This document shows, one piece after another, positions 39,075 through 48,441 of a stretch of 64,000 nt of DNA (within the stretch, counting starts at the first letter, position 1; the number at the start of each line of letters is the position of its first letter). Source of the stretch: Nitrospinales bacterium (GTDB taxonomy: Bacteria > Nitrospinota > Nitrospinia > Nitrospinales > VA-1); contig CBDCXL010000002.1 in assembly GCA_965223795.1 (NCBI GenBank), positions 32,001 through 96,000 of the forward strand, read 5' to 3'. The translations under genes were made by a program, and so were the position numbers. Under the pieces are notes generated by a model. It worked only from the letters and a program-made list of their open reading frames with translations, had not been told where the DNA came from and searched no databases.

Positions 39075-40340
39075 TCAGGAATCGCTTGCGAATTCTTTCA
39101 ATGTGAGGGATTTGAGATAGGCGAGCAGGTCCGCCACGTCCTGCACTTCGAGCAGGTCCACAAAATTGCCCGGCATCATCGAGATCTTCTGGGTCTTGAA
39201 TTTTTTGATGTCGGCTTTGCGGATGTAGAGTTCGTTGCCTTCCTTGTCGATGATGTCCAGTCCCTGATCGTCTTCCAGCAGCTTGATCCCGGTGATGAAT
39301 TTGCGTTCCTTGGTCAGGATGAGAACCGTGGCGTATCCCGCGGTGATGACGGCTTTCGGATCGAGCAGCGATTCAAGCAGAAAGCCGGGCGTGCGGCTGC
39401 TGCCGATGTGGCTGAGGTCGGGACCGATCTCGCCGCCCTTGCCGTCCACCCGGTGGCACTTGGAACAGTAGACCGTGCCATCCGGATCGAAAAACATCTC
39501 ACGGCCTCGCTCGGCGTCCCCCGGCGTGTTGAGATACGGCTGCCAGTCCTCGGGAACCGGTTCCTCTTCCGGCAGCAGGCTGTTGAGATACGCGGCGATG
39601 GCGCGGGCATCCTCCGTCTCCAGAGACAGATCCGGCATGCGCGTTTCGGTTTTATACGCCTGCGGATGGGTGACCCAGGCGTACACCCATTCGGGGCTGT
39701 AATAAAAGCCGGCGCGGGTCAGCTCCGGTCCGACCTTGCCGCCCTCTTCCCCGACCCGGTGACAGGCGAAGCAGCTTTTTTTCTTTTTGAACAATTTTTC
39801 GCCGCGCTTCAGGATTTCCGCATCGCTTTCCGCTTTTGCCAGCCACTCCGAGAACGCCTTGAGCTGCTCTTCGGAAACTGCCTCGTGCCGCGGCCGTTCC
39901 GTGTCCACGCCCTGCGGCAGGTTGACCGGATGATTGTTTTCTGTGGCCAAACTGCGTATGTAGGCCACCAGGGCCCAGATCTCGGCCTGCGACAGCGTGC
40001 TGCCAAACGGCGGCATCAGGTGGGACTTGCGCACGCCCGCGCCGCCTTTATGAATCACGCGAAATATCTGGTGATTGGTTTTTTTGCGCTGGAACTTCGG
40101 GTGGGACAGTTCTGCGGGCTCTTTATCGAGGTATTCGGCGTTGTAGCCGTCGCCGTCGCCGTGAATCCCGTGGCAGTGGGCGCAGAATTTCTGGAAGAGC
40201 CGCTTGCCCTGTTTCACCAGGTAGCGCGGGGTCTGCTTCTGCGACTGGATGGCGGCGTCGTCTCCATTGGCCCAAATGGGCGCTGCACTCAAAAACACCG
40301 TGCACCCCAACACGAAGCAAAGCAGGCTCGTTCTCATCAA
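39075..40340 (-). CDS. Triheme periplasmic cytochrome c
   Basis: Signal peptide, CAHCH, CFACH and CSKCH with downstream MP motifs; GG.IGPDL. Confidence 0.88.
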   Translation of the reverse strand: MMRTSLLCFVLGCTVFLSAAPIWANGDDAAIQSQKQTPRYLVKQGKRLFQKFCAHCHGIHGDGDGYNAEYLDKEPAELSHPKFQRKKTNHQIFRVIHKGGAGVRKSHLMPPFGSTLSQAEIWALVAYIRSLATENNHPVNLPQGVDTERPRHEAVSEEQLKAFSEWLAKAESDAEILKRGEKLFKKKKSCFACHRVGEEGGKVGPELTRAGFYYSPEWVYAWVTHPQAYKTETRMPDLSLETEDARAIAAYLNSLLPEEEPVPEDWQPYLNTPGDAERGREMFFDPDGTVYCSKCHRVDGKGGEIGPDLSHIGSSRTPGFLLESLLDPKAVITAGYATVLILTKERKFITGIKLLEDDQGLDIIDKEGNELYIRKADIKKFKTQKISMMPGNFVDLLEVQDVADLLAYLKSLTLKEFASDS

Positions 40341-40460
40341 TTCTGAATCGGTTTTGGGTTATTGCGTTGAATTTCTGGAATGATATCTCAATTCACCGGC
40401 AGATTCATTAAAAGAATCGGCGCTGGAAACGGTTTTTACGCTCCGGGTGCGCCTGAAAGC

Positions 40461-40498
40461 AAAAAAAAAGCAAGGGGACCGCATAGGGTCCCCTTGCC
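40461..40498 (-). terminator. Rho-independent terminator after oxidase copy 1
   Basis: GCAAGGGGACC/GGTCCCCTTGC stem plus U9 on the minus strand. Confidence 0.85.
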
Positions 40499-40521
40499 TC
40501 GTTGCTTCGGTTGTTTCAGAA

Positions 40522-43500
40522 CTAGCGGTTCATGGACAACCTTTCCTCCCCGATCGCAGGAGCGGTTTCGGCTTTTTTGCCGGAGCCGTCGCCCTTGTTC
40601 AGAGGCAGGATGGACTGCTCGCCCTGAGGCAGCACTTTGAAGTAACCCCACTGACCTGCCTGCTGATAAGGCGTTCTCGCATTCAGCCACAGGTAGGTGC
40701 CGGGATTCCTGTAAGTGCCGCCGGCGGTGAAGAAGGCCTGGATGTACTCGCCGCCGCCGAACTCTTCGACGTCGATCATGTCAGAGCCTTCCTGCATGAT
40801 GTGGCGGCGCCACTGATGGCCGTCCAGGTTGAACATCTGGTTCTGCTCGTTGTGCGCACCGAACACGTTGATCATCACGCGGTCGCCGGCATGTGCCTTG
40901 AGCACCGGCGTCGCGGGATCGCTGTCCGCTGCCACGCAGGGCGTGAAGATATTGCCCAGCTCACAACCTTCATCCTCGCGATACGTCCACGGCTCCAACC
41001 GGTAGTTGACGCCGGTCAGCCCCGCCACGTTCTGCAGGTACGGCATGAACGAGGTGCCGAGGATGTTGTCCTCATCCTGGAAGTACAGAGCGAAATCGCG
41101 GTAGTTCTCGAGATGCTCGTTGCCAGGATAGGTTTTGTCGACGATCACGTCCGCTTTCCAGGAGTTGCCGAGCGAGATGTCCTTGCCGGTCTCCGGATCG
41201 CGGTACACCGAGCCGCGCGGCCCGATGATGATCGCGCCGTACATGCCGTCGCGAACGTTGGTCGTCAGGTTGCCGAAATCCCACAGCAACGCGCCGTTCA
41301 GACCGTAGTCCGGATGGGCGTAGTAGGTGTAGGTCTTCGACTTGCCGGGAGCAACAGTCTGATCGCCGGGATTGTTCCCCACGTTGATCCCCTGGGAATC
41401 CAGCGGATCGAACGCCACGTTGTTCGCGTGCAGGGACGCGTTCCCTTCTTTCAGACGGTTGGTCAGCTTGATCTTGATGCAGTCGCCGATGTTGGCGCGA
41501 ATGGTCAGAGGATGCGGCATCGCACCGTCGTCGGCGGCTTTACTCACTTCACCCTCGAGCGCGAAGATCTTGGCGTTGGCGTTCGCGAGCAACAGCTTGC
41601 GCTCGAAATCCACCTCGATCTCGTCTTCGGCGTTGGGGTTGAACTTCAGCGCCTTGTTGATGGCGACCACGCTGAAATTCTTAACCGGTGCGCCTTTCGG
41701 GCACAGGGTCTTTTTGGCTTTCTTCGCAAAGTCCCGGTTGCTCGGGAGCACTTTCAGGTCCTTCTGCAGCTTGTCGTGGACCCGGATGATGCCCCAGCTT
41801 CCTTCGGACAGATGCGATGTTCTGCCGTCGTAGTACAGGTAGTCGCCGGCCATCTGCTGGTATCCACCAGCGGTGGTTGCCAGGTCGTACCGTTCCGCGA
41901 TGCCCACATGCAGTGCGTTGGTGACGCGGGAGTCGCGGTCATACCGTTCCGGCCGGTAGCCGTGGCCGGAAACCACCCAGGTGTGGGTCTCGTTCATCAT
42001 GCCGTGCAGCACACGGAACATGATGTTGTCACCCACATAGGCGCGCAGCATCGGCGTCACAGGATCGCCATGCACCTTGCTGCTGAACAGCTTGGAGGCG
42101 TCCTTGTTGGCTCTCAACCGCGAGGACAAAGAAGCCGCCCGGAAGTTGAAGCCGCCGCCCGTGGTGTGCGTGCCGCCGTTCAGATGCGGGAAGGCCACTT
42201 CCAGCATGGTATCCGGCATCTGGAACGAAATGGACTGACCGGCGGCAATGGCGTTCTTTCGGGACAGGCCCGGAGGATTGCCCTTGCTCACCAGCTGCGC
42301 GGTGTGCGGCACGGTGTCGTGCAATTGTGCCACCAGTTCACGGAAACTGCCGTTGCGCCCGTAAGCGAAAGGCTCGGACCCGTGAATGTCGGCGACCGGA
42401 CCGCTGCGGATCTCTTTACCCGTTTCAGGATCGTGATACGTGGATCCCCAGGGCTCGACGATCGTCGATCCGATGCCGCCGTGCGGCCAGGTGGTCGCGC
42501 CGAACGCGTGGTCGTGCCAGAACACGAGACCCAGGTCCGCATCGACCCACCAGCGGTACCGCACGTACTCGGTGGTCACGATTTCACCTTTCTTGTGGGC
42601 GTGCTTCATGCCCTCGGTGAAGGTGATCTTGTACTTGCCATCCTTCGCGAACGCCTTGTTGGGATCGGGACTGATGGATTTGATCCAGCGCGCGTCCTTG
42701 CCGTTGGGCACCTCGATGCCGACGATGATGTCCGCACCGACGTGGAACGGGGTCGCGCCTTTCGCCATCTCGATCTCAACCACGGTGTCGCCCGGCTTGG
42801 TGGCCTTGAGCACCTTGGCGTTCATCGGGACCGGCATGCCGACATGGTGGCCGTCCTTCATCTTCTTGCTGAACTGCGTGTAGGGTCTCATGGACTGATC
42901 GTACGAGAACCCGGAAATCACGCCGTCGGAGGCCTGGTTGTCGAACTGGAAGAAATGCGGATGGATGTTCAACTTCGACATCTGGAAGTTGGTGAAGTCG
43001 TCGTCGTTCCATTCGCTGGAAAGCAGCAGGTCCACGCAGTCATACACGTTGGCGCGGATGACCAGCGGGATCGCTTTCTTGGGATCGGCCTTGACTTCCG
43101 CCATGTCCTCGTCGATCACGTAGATGAGACCGTACTTGTCGATGACGGGAGCGGTGTCTCCCACAGCGGGAGTCAGCTCGATCGGAGTGTTGATGAAATG
43201 CAGGTTGTACTGCTTTCTGCCCGCGCCTTTGGGGCACAGGCTCCAGCGGCCCTGCTCACCCGGTTTCGCGGGAGCGGTGCTCTCCACGTTGGGACCGGTT
43301 TTGCCGCTGCCCGATTCGGTATCGAGGATCTCGTCGTCCGGCATCAGGTGGAACGGCTCCAGCCAGGGAGCGCCGCCGTGATGGCGTGCGAACGGTACCC
43401 GCTTGCCGAAATGCGGCGTCATGTGCGGCCACGCCAGCTTCCCGGTTTGGGGCGCGAACTGAATCGGGTGCCGCTTGCCGGGATGCGGGGATTTGTACTT

Positions 43501-45477
43501 GGCAACCTTGTAGGTCGTCTCGGGTTCAGACAGAGCCGTATTGCCTTTCCAGCCGTAATCCCAGACGGAACCGTCGTAGGCCAGGATCTGGCCTTTTTCA
43601 TCGTCGGTGTGGCCGGGCTTGCCCTGAGGCGGCAGCATGTACTTCACCCAGTCCTTGACGTTGACGACCGGCGCTTTCTTCGTCCAGTCGCTCTTGCCTT
43701 TGTCGACGATCTTGAACTTCTTGCCGAACCAGTCCATCGTCTTGCCGACCAGCTTGTCGGAACTCACGCCTTTGGGAATGCGTCCCTTACGATCGGGAAG
43801 CTCCTGCAGCGGACGCATGACGTCGGTGCTGCCGAACGGGTAGTTGCCATCCTGCAGCGTGTTGTACACGCGCCAGTAACCCCACATGCCGGCAACGTAA
43901 TGATGCGCGACGTGGCAGTGGAACAGAAAGTCGCCCGCCAGACGCTGGCACAGGCCGGAACCGCACTCGGTCTCAAGGTCCAGCGCTTCGGAAGGACCGA
44001 TGACTTCCACGTCGACGCGGTCGGTGGTCGTGCGCACGACCGGGTACTTGACCGGGCCGTTGTAGGCCGCGGTGATCAAACTGTCGATACCCGGTTCCCG
44101 CTTGGGTGAACGGGTCCAGCGGATGGATCCGCCATGCGGATGATGCGAGTGGAACACTTCGCCGCCGCCGTGGATCAGGCGGAACTTCGCCGGATCGCCC
44201 AGGTAGGACCGGGGGATCGTGGTCGGTGCGTCGGCAAAGGTGTAGGAGCTGTACGACAACGACTCATCCTCGTAGTGGAACATCTTTTCCTGTACTGCGA
44301 GGTTGTTGATGCCGAACGGCTCACTGCGATAGTTCATCGCGCGGGCAGAAGGACGGTACGCGTCGGTCTGCGGATCGCGCTGCGGAATCATCTCGCCGTG
44401 ACGGTTCAGCGGACGGAAAGACTCGTCACCGACTTCGTGGTAGAACAGCACGAATTCGCGGAAGTCCTTGTCCTCGTCGTTGGCGATCATCGCCATCCAG
44501 CCGGATTCCAGCGGACCGCCGGTCCACGGATCCAGATACCTGGAACCTTTGGGCTCGACGATGAACGCGCCGATCAGACCCAGCGAGGAAGGATCGCGGC
44601 CGGCATGACTCTGGATCATGTGGCTGCCTTCCTGCTCGTCGATGGGAATGAACCACTCGAAATCCTGCGATTCGCCGGTTTTGATGATGGCGCCGGGAGA
44701 CGCAGCCGTCGCCGGTGCGCCGCTGGAGCTGATGATCATGGCGGAACCGTTGACCTGAAAGCCGATGTCTTCGTCCTCGACTTCATTGCGGACCTTGAAG
44801 CGCACGCAGTCGCCCTGGTTGCCGCGGATGGTCAGGGGCTGAATGGCGTCGCCCTGAAGCCCCGTGGACACCATGCCCGGATCCAGCTCGTCTTCACGAG
44901 CCGCGGCGTTCTTTTCTTCTTCCTTGCGCACCTTGTCGACGTCCTTGGTGAGCACGTACATGTAGCCGGGATAGTAGTCGCCCCACTGGTTCAACGTGAC
45001 CTCCACGTTGATGGCGGTCACGTCATACGTCTTGACCGGTGCGGAGCTGGGGCAGTGCGCCCCTTTGTACACTTTATCCGCGGCTTCGGAAGGTCCCAGC
45101 AGATAGCTCTGGCCGAGCTGATGCGCCGACCAGGAATCGTGAAAACCGCCTCCCGAGGATGCCGGCGCGGCGTGCTCTTTGAGCTTGCCCTGCAGGCGGT
45201 CCATGAGCTTCATGAAGGTCTGGTTCATGCGCTCCTGCCGGTTCTCCATGCCGCTCATCATTTCCTCGGTGTTGACCTGCTGTTCCAGCTTCTTGAGCCA
45301 GGCCGGCTGGTCTACCGCGGGTCCGATGCTCGAGGGCTTGGGATGCATGGAATGATCCATCTTCATCTGTGCGCCTGCGGGAAGCCCCCATCCCAGGACC
45401 AGAAAGGCCAAGAGCGGAACCATCCAGATTCCCACGCTCAGGCCGCGCACCCGATTCGGAATTTGCCTTTGCTTCAT
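40522..45477 (-). CDS. Giant MnxG-type multicopper oxidase, copy 1
   Basis: 1651 aa, signal peptide, HSHHPH, HCHVAHHYVAGM, HPH and WHDH copper motifs; AGGAGG RBS. Confidence 0.88.
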   Translation of the reverse strand: MKQRQIPNRVRGLSVGIWMVPLLAFLVLGWGLPAGAQMKMDHSMHPKPSSIGPAVDQPAWLKKLEQQVNTEEMMSGMENRQERMNQTFMKLMDRLQGKLKEHAAPASSGGGFHDSWSAHQLGQSYLLGPSEAADKVYKGAHCPSSAPVKTYDVTAINVEVTLNQWGDYYPGYMYVLTKDVDKVRKEEEKNAAAREDELDPGMVSTGLQGDAIQPLTIRGNQGDCVRFKVRNEVEDEDIGFQVNGSAMIISSSGAPATAASPGAIIKTGESQDFEWFIPIDEQEGSHMIQSHAGRDPSSLGLIGAFIVEPKGSRYLDPWTGGPLESGWMAMIANDEDKDFREFVLFYHEVGDESFRPLNRHGEMIPQRDPQTDAYRPSARAMNYRSEPFGINNLAVQEKMFHYEDESLSYSSYTFADAPTTIPRSYLGDPAKFRLIHGGGEVFHSHHPHGGSIRWTRSPKREPGIDSLITAAYNGPVKYPVVRTTTDRVDVEVIGPSEALDLETECGSGLCQRLAGDFLFHCHVAHHYVAGMWGYWRVYNTLQDGNYPFGSTDVMRPLQELPDRKGRIPKGVSSDKLVGKTMDWFGKKFKIVDKGKSDWTKKAPVVNVKDWVKYMLPPQGKPGHTDDEKGQILAYDGSVWDYGWKGNTALSEPETTYKVAKYKSPHPGKRHPIQFAPQTGKLAWPHMTPHFGKRVPFARHHGGAPWLEPFHLMPDDEILDTESGSGKTGPNVESTAPAKPGEQGRWSLCPKGAGRKQYNLHFINTPIELTPAVGDTAPVIDKYGLIYVIDEDMAEVKADPKKAIPLVIRANVYDCVDLLLSSEWNDDDFTNFQMSKLNIHPHFFQFDNQASDGVISGFSYDQSMRPYTQFSKKMKDGHHVGMPVPMNAKVLKATKPGDTVVEIEMAKGATPFHVGADIIVGIEVPNGKDARWIKSISPDPNKAFAKDGKYKITFTEGMKHAHKKGEIVTTEYVRYRWWVDADLGLVFWHDHAFGATTWPHGGIGSTIVEPWGSTYHDPETGKEIRSGPVADIHGSEPFAYGRNGSFRELVAQLHDTVPHTAQLVSKGNPPGLSRKNAIAAGQSISFQMPDTMLEVAFPHLNGGTHTTGGGFNFRAASLSSRLRANKDASKLFSSKVHGDPVTPMLRAYVGDNIMFRVLHGMMNETHTWVVSGHGYRPERYDRDSRVTNALHVGIAERYDLATTAGGYQQMAGDYLYYDGRTSHLSEGSWGIIRVHDKLQKDLKVLPSNRDFAKKAKKTLCPKGAPVKNFSVVAINKALKFNPNAEDEIEVDFERKLLLANANAKIFALEGEVSKAADDGAMPHPLTIRANIGDCIKIKLTNRLKEGNASLHANNVAFDPLDSQGINVGNNPGDQTVAPGKSKTYTYYAHPDYGLNGALLWDFGNLTTNVRDGMYGAIIIGPRGSVYRDPETGKDISLGNSWKADVIVDKTYPGNEHLENYRDFALYFQDEDNILGTSFMPYLQNVAGLTGVNYRLEPWTYREDEGCELGNIFTPCVAADSDPATPVLKAHAGDRVMINVFGAHNEQNQMFNLDGHQWRRHIMQEGSDMIDVEEFGGGEYIQAFFTAGGTYRNPGTYLWLNARTPYQQAGQWGYFKVLPQGEQSILPLNKGDGSGKKAETAPAIGEERLSMNR

Positions 45478-45740
45478 AAATTACCTCCTGAATTGATAAA
45501 TAAAACTCAACAACCACTGCAACCGGCCTCAACGACCGGCCTTGAACTTAAATGCGTTTGGGGTTTCGAAATGATTCTGGCTGAATGGTCCTTTTTAAGA
45601 GGAGGCGACGGCCGCCTGATTCTGGAGAAGAGGACTGGGCTGGAGGCAGGTTGTTGAATTTCAACCTGTAACGTGAAGAGCGCAAACCCCGGCAAAAACA
45701 CACCTCCCGATTTCCTCCCATTGAAGAACAATCAGTAAGG

Positions 45741-45770
45741 AAGATACGCCGGGATATGAATTATTCCCTC
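45741..45770 (-). promoter_or_regulatory. Candidate ECF sigma promoter GAGGGAATAA-N12-CGTATCTT
   Basis: Lies between the ECF gene and oxidase copy 1; repeated at 12415. Confidence 0.55.
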
Positions 45771-45885
45771 GACCGCCTTCTTTTTTGGGTTTTTTCAGGA
45801 CAAAAACGGGGCGATGAATTCGTGCGTCCGGCGGGGCGGAAAAACCTTTCGCGGACGCCGATCGGTCCGCCGAAACGGCCTCAAA

Positions 45886-46476
45886 TCATTCCTGATTTAT
45901 GGGATGGGTGCGGTTTTCCGCATTGAACAGATCGGATTGCAATAGGTGCTGCTTGAGGTGGACCTTGGCGCGGGCCAGGCGAGACATGACGGTGCCGATG
46001 GGGATGTCGAGTATATCGGCGATCTCTTTATAGGAGCGGTTTTCAAAGTAGAACAGGATGATGGGAAACTTGAGCCGTTCGTTGAGGGTGTCCATGGCCG
46101 TCTGCACCTTCTGCTTCAGCTCATTTTGAATGTATTCACTTTCAGGGTCCAGCGGCTGTTTGGTGTGCAGATTGTCGCAAACCGTGTCGAATTCCAGCTC
46201 CAGCCAGTTCTTTCTTTTTTTAACATCCTTGAGGAAAAGGTTCCTCATGATGGAAAACAGCCAGTACTTGCATTTATCCCGATCCTTGAGCTGGTGGAAA
46301 TTTTTCAGAGCGTAGTAGAAGGTCTCCTGAACCAGGTCCTCCGCCTGATCTTTTTCCCGGCACAGACGGTAGGCCGCCCCCAGAATAATGGGGCCGTTGG
46401 GGTGCAGATGATTGCTGTAATCATCCAGCTCCGCGCTGCTTTTGAGGTTCTCTTTAAAACGGATTAAAAATTCCAA
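45886..46476 (-). CDS. ECF-type sigma-70 factor (start uncertain)
   Basis: AEDLVQETF, WLFSI.RN, SYKEIA.IL.IPIGTVMSRL.RA. Confidence 0.92.
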   Translation of the reverse strand: MEFLIRFKENLKSSAELDDYSNHLHPNGPIILGAAYRLCREKDQAEDLVQETFYYALKNFHQLKDRDKCKYWLFSIMRNLFLKDVKKRKNWLELEFDTVCDNLHTKQPLDPESEYIQNELKQKVQTAMDTLNERLKFPIILFYFENRSYKEIADILDIPIGTVMSRLARAKVHLKQHLLQSDLFNAENRTHPINQE

Positions 46477-46831
46477 AGCCTGCGTCCCTGGTTCGGGCTC
46501 CCCTGACGAAAGCGCCCTCAGTTTTCAACCGATAGGGAATAATATATAAAATTCATTGTCTTTTAAAGGGAAGCTGTGCCCCGGCCCGGTCCCGATCTTC
46601 CCGCATCCGATAAATCCCCGCGTCTCGGCCGTAAAACCGGTATTCACCGAGCTTCGAAACTGAAGACTCCCGGAATTCCCCAATTTCGGGAATCCACAAA
46701 AATGGTGTACACCTTCGGCCAGCCTTTGATAAAATTTTGGCTTGTGTCAAAAAGGGCCGTTCAGATGAATCGTTCCGGCCCGCCGGGAATCCAATACCGT
46801 ATTGTGATGACAAACCGAGCCTGAAAGAACG

Positions 46832-47319
46832 ATGGATATCAGCAACGAAGAGCTTCTGCGGCTTTCCACCAAGATCGAACGCGATGGCGAGACCTTCTAC
46901 ATCGAGTTGGCCAAACACGTTCCCGATCCGGAAGTGAAAGAATTTCTTCTGGCCATGGCGAAGGAAGAAGCCAACCATGAAATGCAGTTCATGAGGATGC
47001 TCAAGGAAAAAGGGGATCAACAGTATGGCTGGGAAACCGACTCCTCCCTGCGCGCACTGATCGACGCTCAATACCAGACGGACATCTTCCCCCAGCTGGA
47101 TGAAATTTTCGAACAGATGCCCCGGTTTGAAGGAATCCAGAAAGCCATCGAATTCGCGATCGAAGCGGAAAAGATTTCGGCTGAGTTCTACGGCTGATGC
47201 AGAAAGCCTGCAAGGACATCAACACCAAAACCCTGCTCGTCCTTCTTGAAAGAGCGGAACAGGATCACCTGGACCGCATCGAGCAACTGAAAGAACGCTA
47301 CCTCACGCAATCGAGCTGA
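46832..47319 (+). pseudogene. Rubrerythrin/ferritin-like di-iron protein with a frameshift near 47194
   Basis: E...FY...EEANH first half; second half LMQKACKDINTKTLLVLLERAEQDHLDRIEQLKERY lies in the -1 frame. Confidence 0.8.
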
Positions 47320-47391
47320 GCGTTTTCCGCCTGACGACCTCCTCCCCTTAAGTCACGCTCAAAATCCGAACTCCCCTTCGCGCCTTGGCGC

Positions 47392-47425
47392 AAAAAAAAG
47401 CAGTACCGGCCGAAACCGGTACTGC
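47392..47425 (-). terminator. Rho-independent terminator
   Basis: GCAGTACCGG/CCGGTACTGC stem plus U8 on the minus strand. Confidence 0.85.
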
Positions 47426-47446
47426 TCGAATTGAACCGATACTTAT

Positions 47447-48250
47447 TTACTTCGCGGCCAGCTCAAAATCCTGCTTAGCTTCGCCGTCGGCCACGGTCAC
47501 TTCCTTGGTCACTTCTCCCACATAGGGATGCCAGGCGGTGACTTTGTACTTGCCGGCGGGGATGCCGTCGATCTTGAACGTGCCGTCTTTGCCGCTCACA
47601 GCATAGTACGGATTCCAAACCACGCGGGCGTCGGCTTCCATGAAGTTGTGCTGATCGCACTGCAGGAAGAAATGCTTGTCTTTCTTTTTCTTCATGCGCT
47701 TGAAGGATTTGGTGACGTCCGCCACGTCGCCTTTGGAGGGCAGCGGTTTGTTGAACAGGGTCTTCCGGCTCGCACCGACCACCGAGTAGCCGTGCGGGTT
47801 GTGCAGAATGTCCGGATCCTGATTGGTGATTTTCATCAATCCTTCTTTCATCCCTTTCGGCGTTTTCCGGGCAACGGAAACTTTCGGAAAAATATCGCAG
47901 TTTTTGAAATCAAAATTGATGGTCTCACCCGACCAGTCTTTGCCCTTTGCGATTTCCTCGATGAAGACAACCGTGTCGGTCAGCTTGCCACCGGGGGCCA
48001 CGACTTTATGCCGCGGGCGCATGTTGCCTTCCTTGGTGTCCGGATGCTGTGCGCAGAACTCAACATTTTTCCCTTTGCTCAGATCTTCCATGATCGGGGG
48101 AGGCGGATCGCCTTTCAACGTCACCACGCCCGTGATGGACCCCTTGCCCGGGGCGCCACCTTCATACTTTGCTTTTTTTGCGAAACTGGTTGACGCACCG
48201 AGGACCAGTGCCAACGCGAACACGAGTACTCCCAACAATACTTTTTTCAT
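47447..48250 (-). CDS. Secreted cupredoxin-like plus carboxypeptidase-regulatory-like protein
   Basis: AAGGAGG RBS, signal peptide, HNPH, CDQHNFM, IPAGKY.V.AWHP. Confidence 0.85.
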   Translation of the reverse strand: MKKVLLGVLVFALALVLGASTSFAKKAKYEGGAPGKGSITGVVTLKGDPPPPIMEDLSKGKNVEFCAQHPDTKEGNMRPRHKVVAPGGKLTDTVVFIEEIAKGKDWSGETINFDFKNCDIFPKVSVARKTPKGMKEGLMKITNQDPDILHNPHGYSVVGASRKTLFNKPLPSKGDVADVTKSFKRMKKKKDKHFFLQCDQHNFMEADARVVWNPYYAVSGKDGTFKIDGIPAGKYKVTAWHPYVGEVTKEVTVADGEAKQDFELAAK

Positions 48251-48349
48251 GCCTTCGATCCCTCCTTAGGTTGAACGAAACATTAATAACACCCACCAGC
48301 GAGTGATTGGGGTCTATCCAATGACGCTTGATCGTACCGGGAGCCGATT

Positions 48350-48377
48350 ATTATAGCACTGAATGGACAATCCTCAA
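48350..48377 (-). promoter_or_regulatory. Sigma70-type promoter
   Basis: TTGAGG-N16-TATAAT with TGn extension on the minus strand. Confidence 0.55.
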
Positions 48378-48385
48378 GTGTCATC

Positions 48386-48430
48386 AAAAAAAGAAAAAGG
48401 GGGCCCTGTGAAGAGGCCCCCTTTTGTTTT
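48386..48430 (-). terminator. Rho-independent terminator after oxidase copy 2
   Basis: AAAAGGGGGCC/GGCCCCCTTTT stem with A/T tracts on both sides. Confidence 0.85.
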
Positions 48431-48441
48431 TACGCCATTTA

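Noticed and set aside
45507..45731. 74-aa ORF ending GCSGC in the leader of oxidase copy 1
   Set aside because: TTG start, no convincing RBS and atypical composition; cannot be supported as a uORF
45478..45740. yybP-ykoY manganese riboswitch before either oxidase
   Set aside because: Conserved core motifs not seen here or upstream of copy 2
47195..47200. TGA-TGC as a selenocysteine codon
   Set aside because: In-frame read-through gives non-homologous sequence; the conserved ExxH half is in the -1 frame
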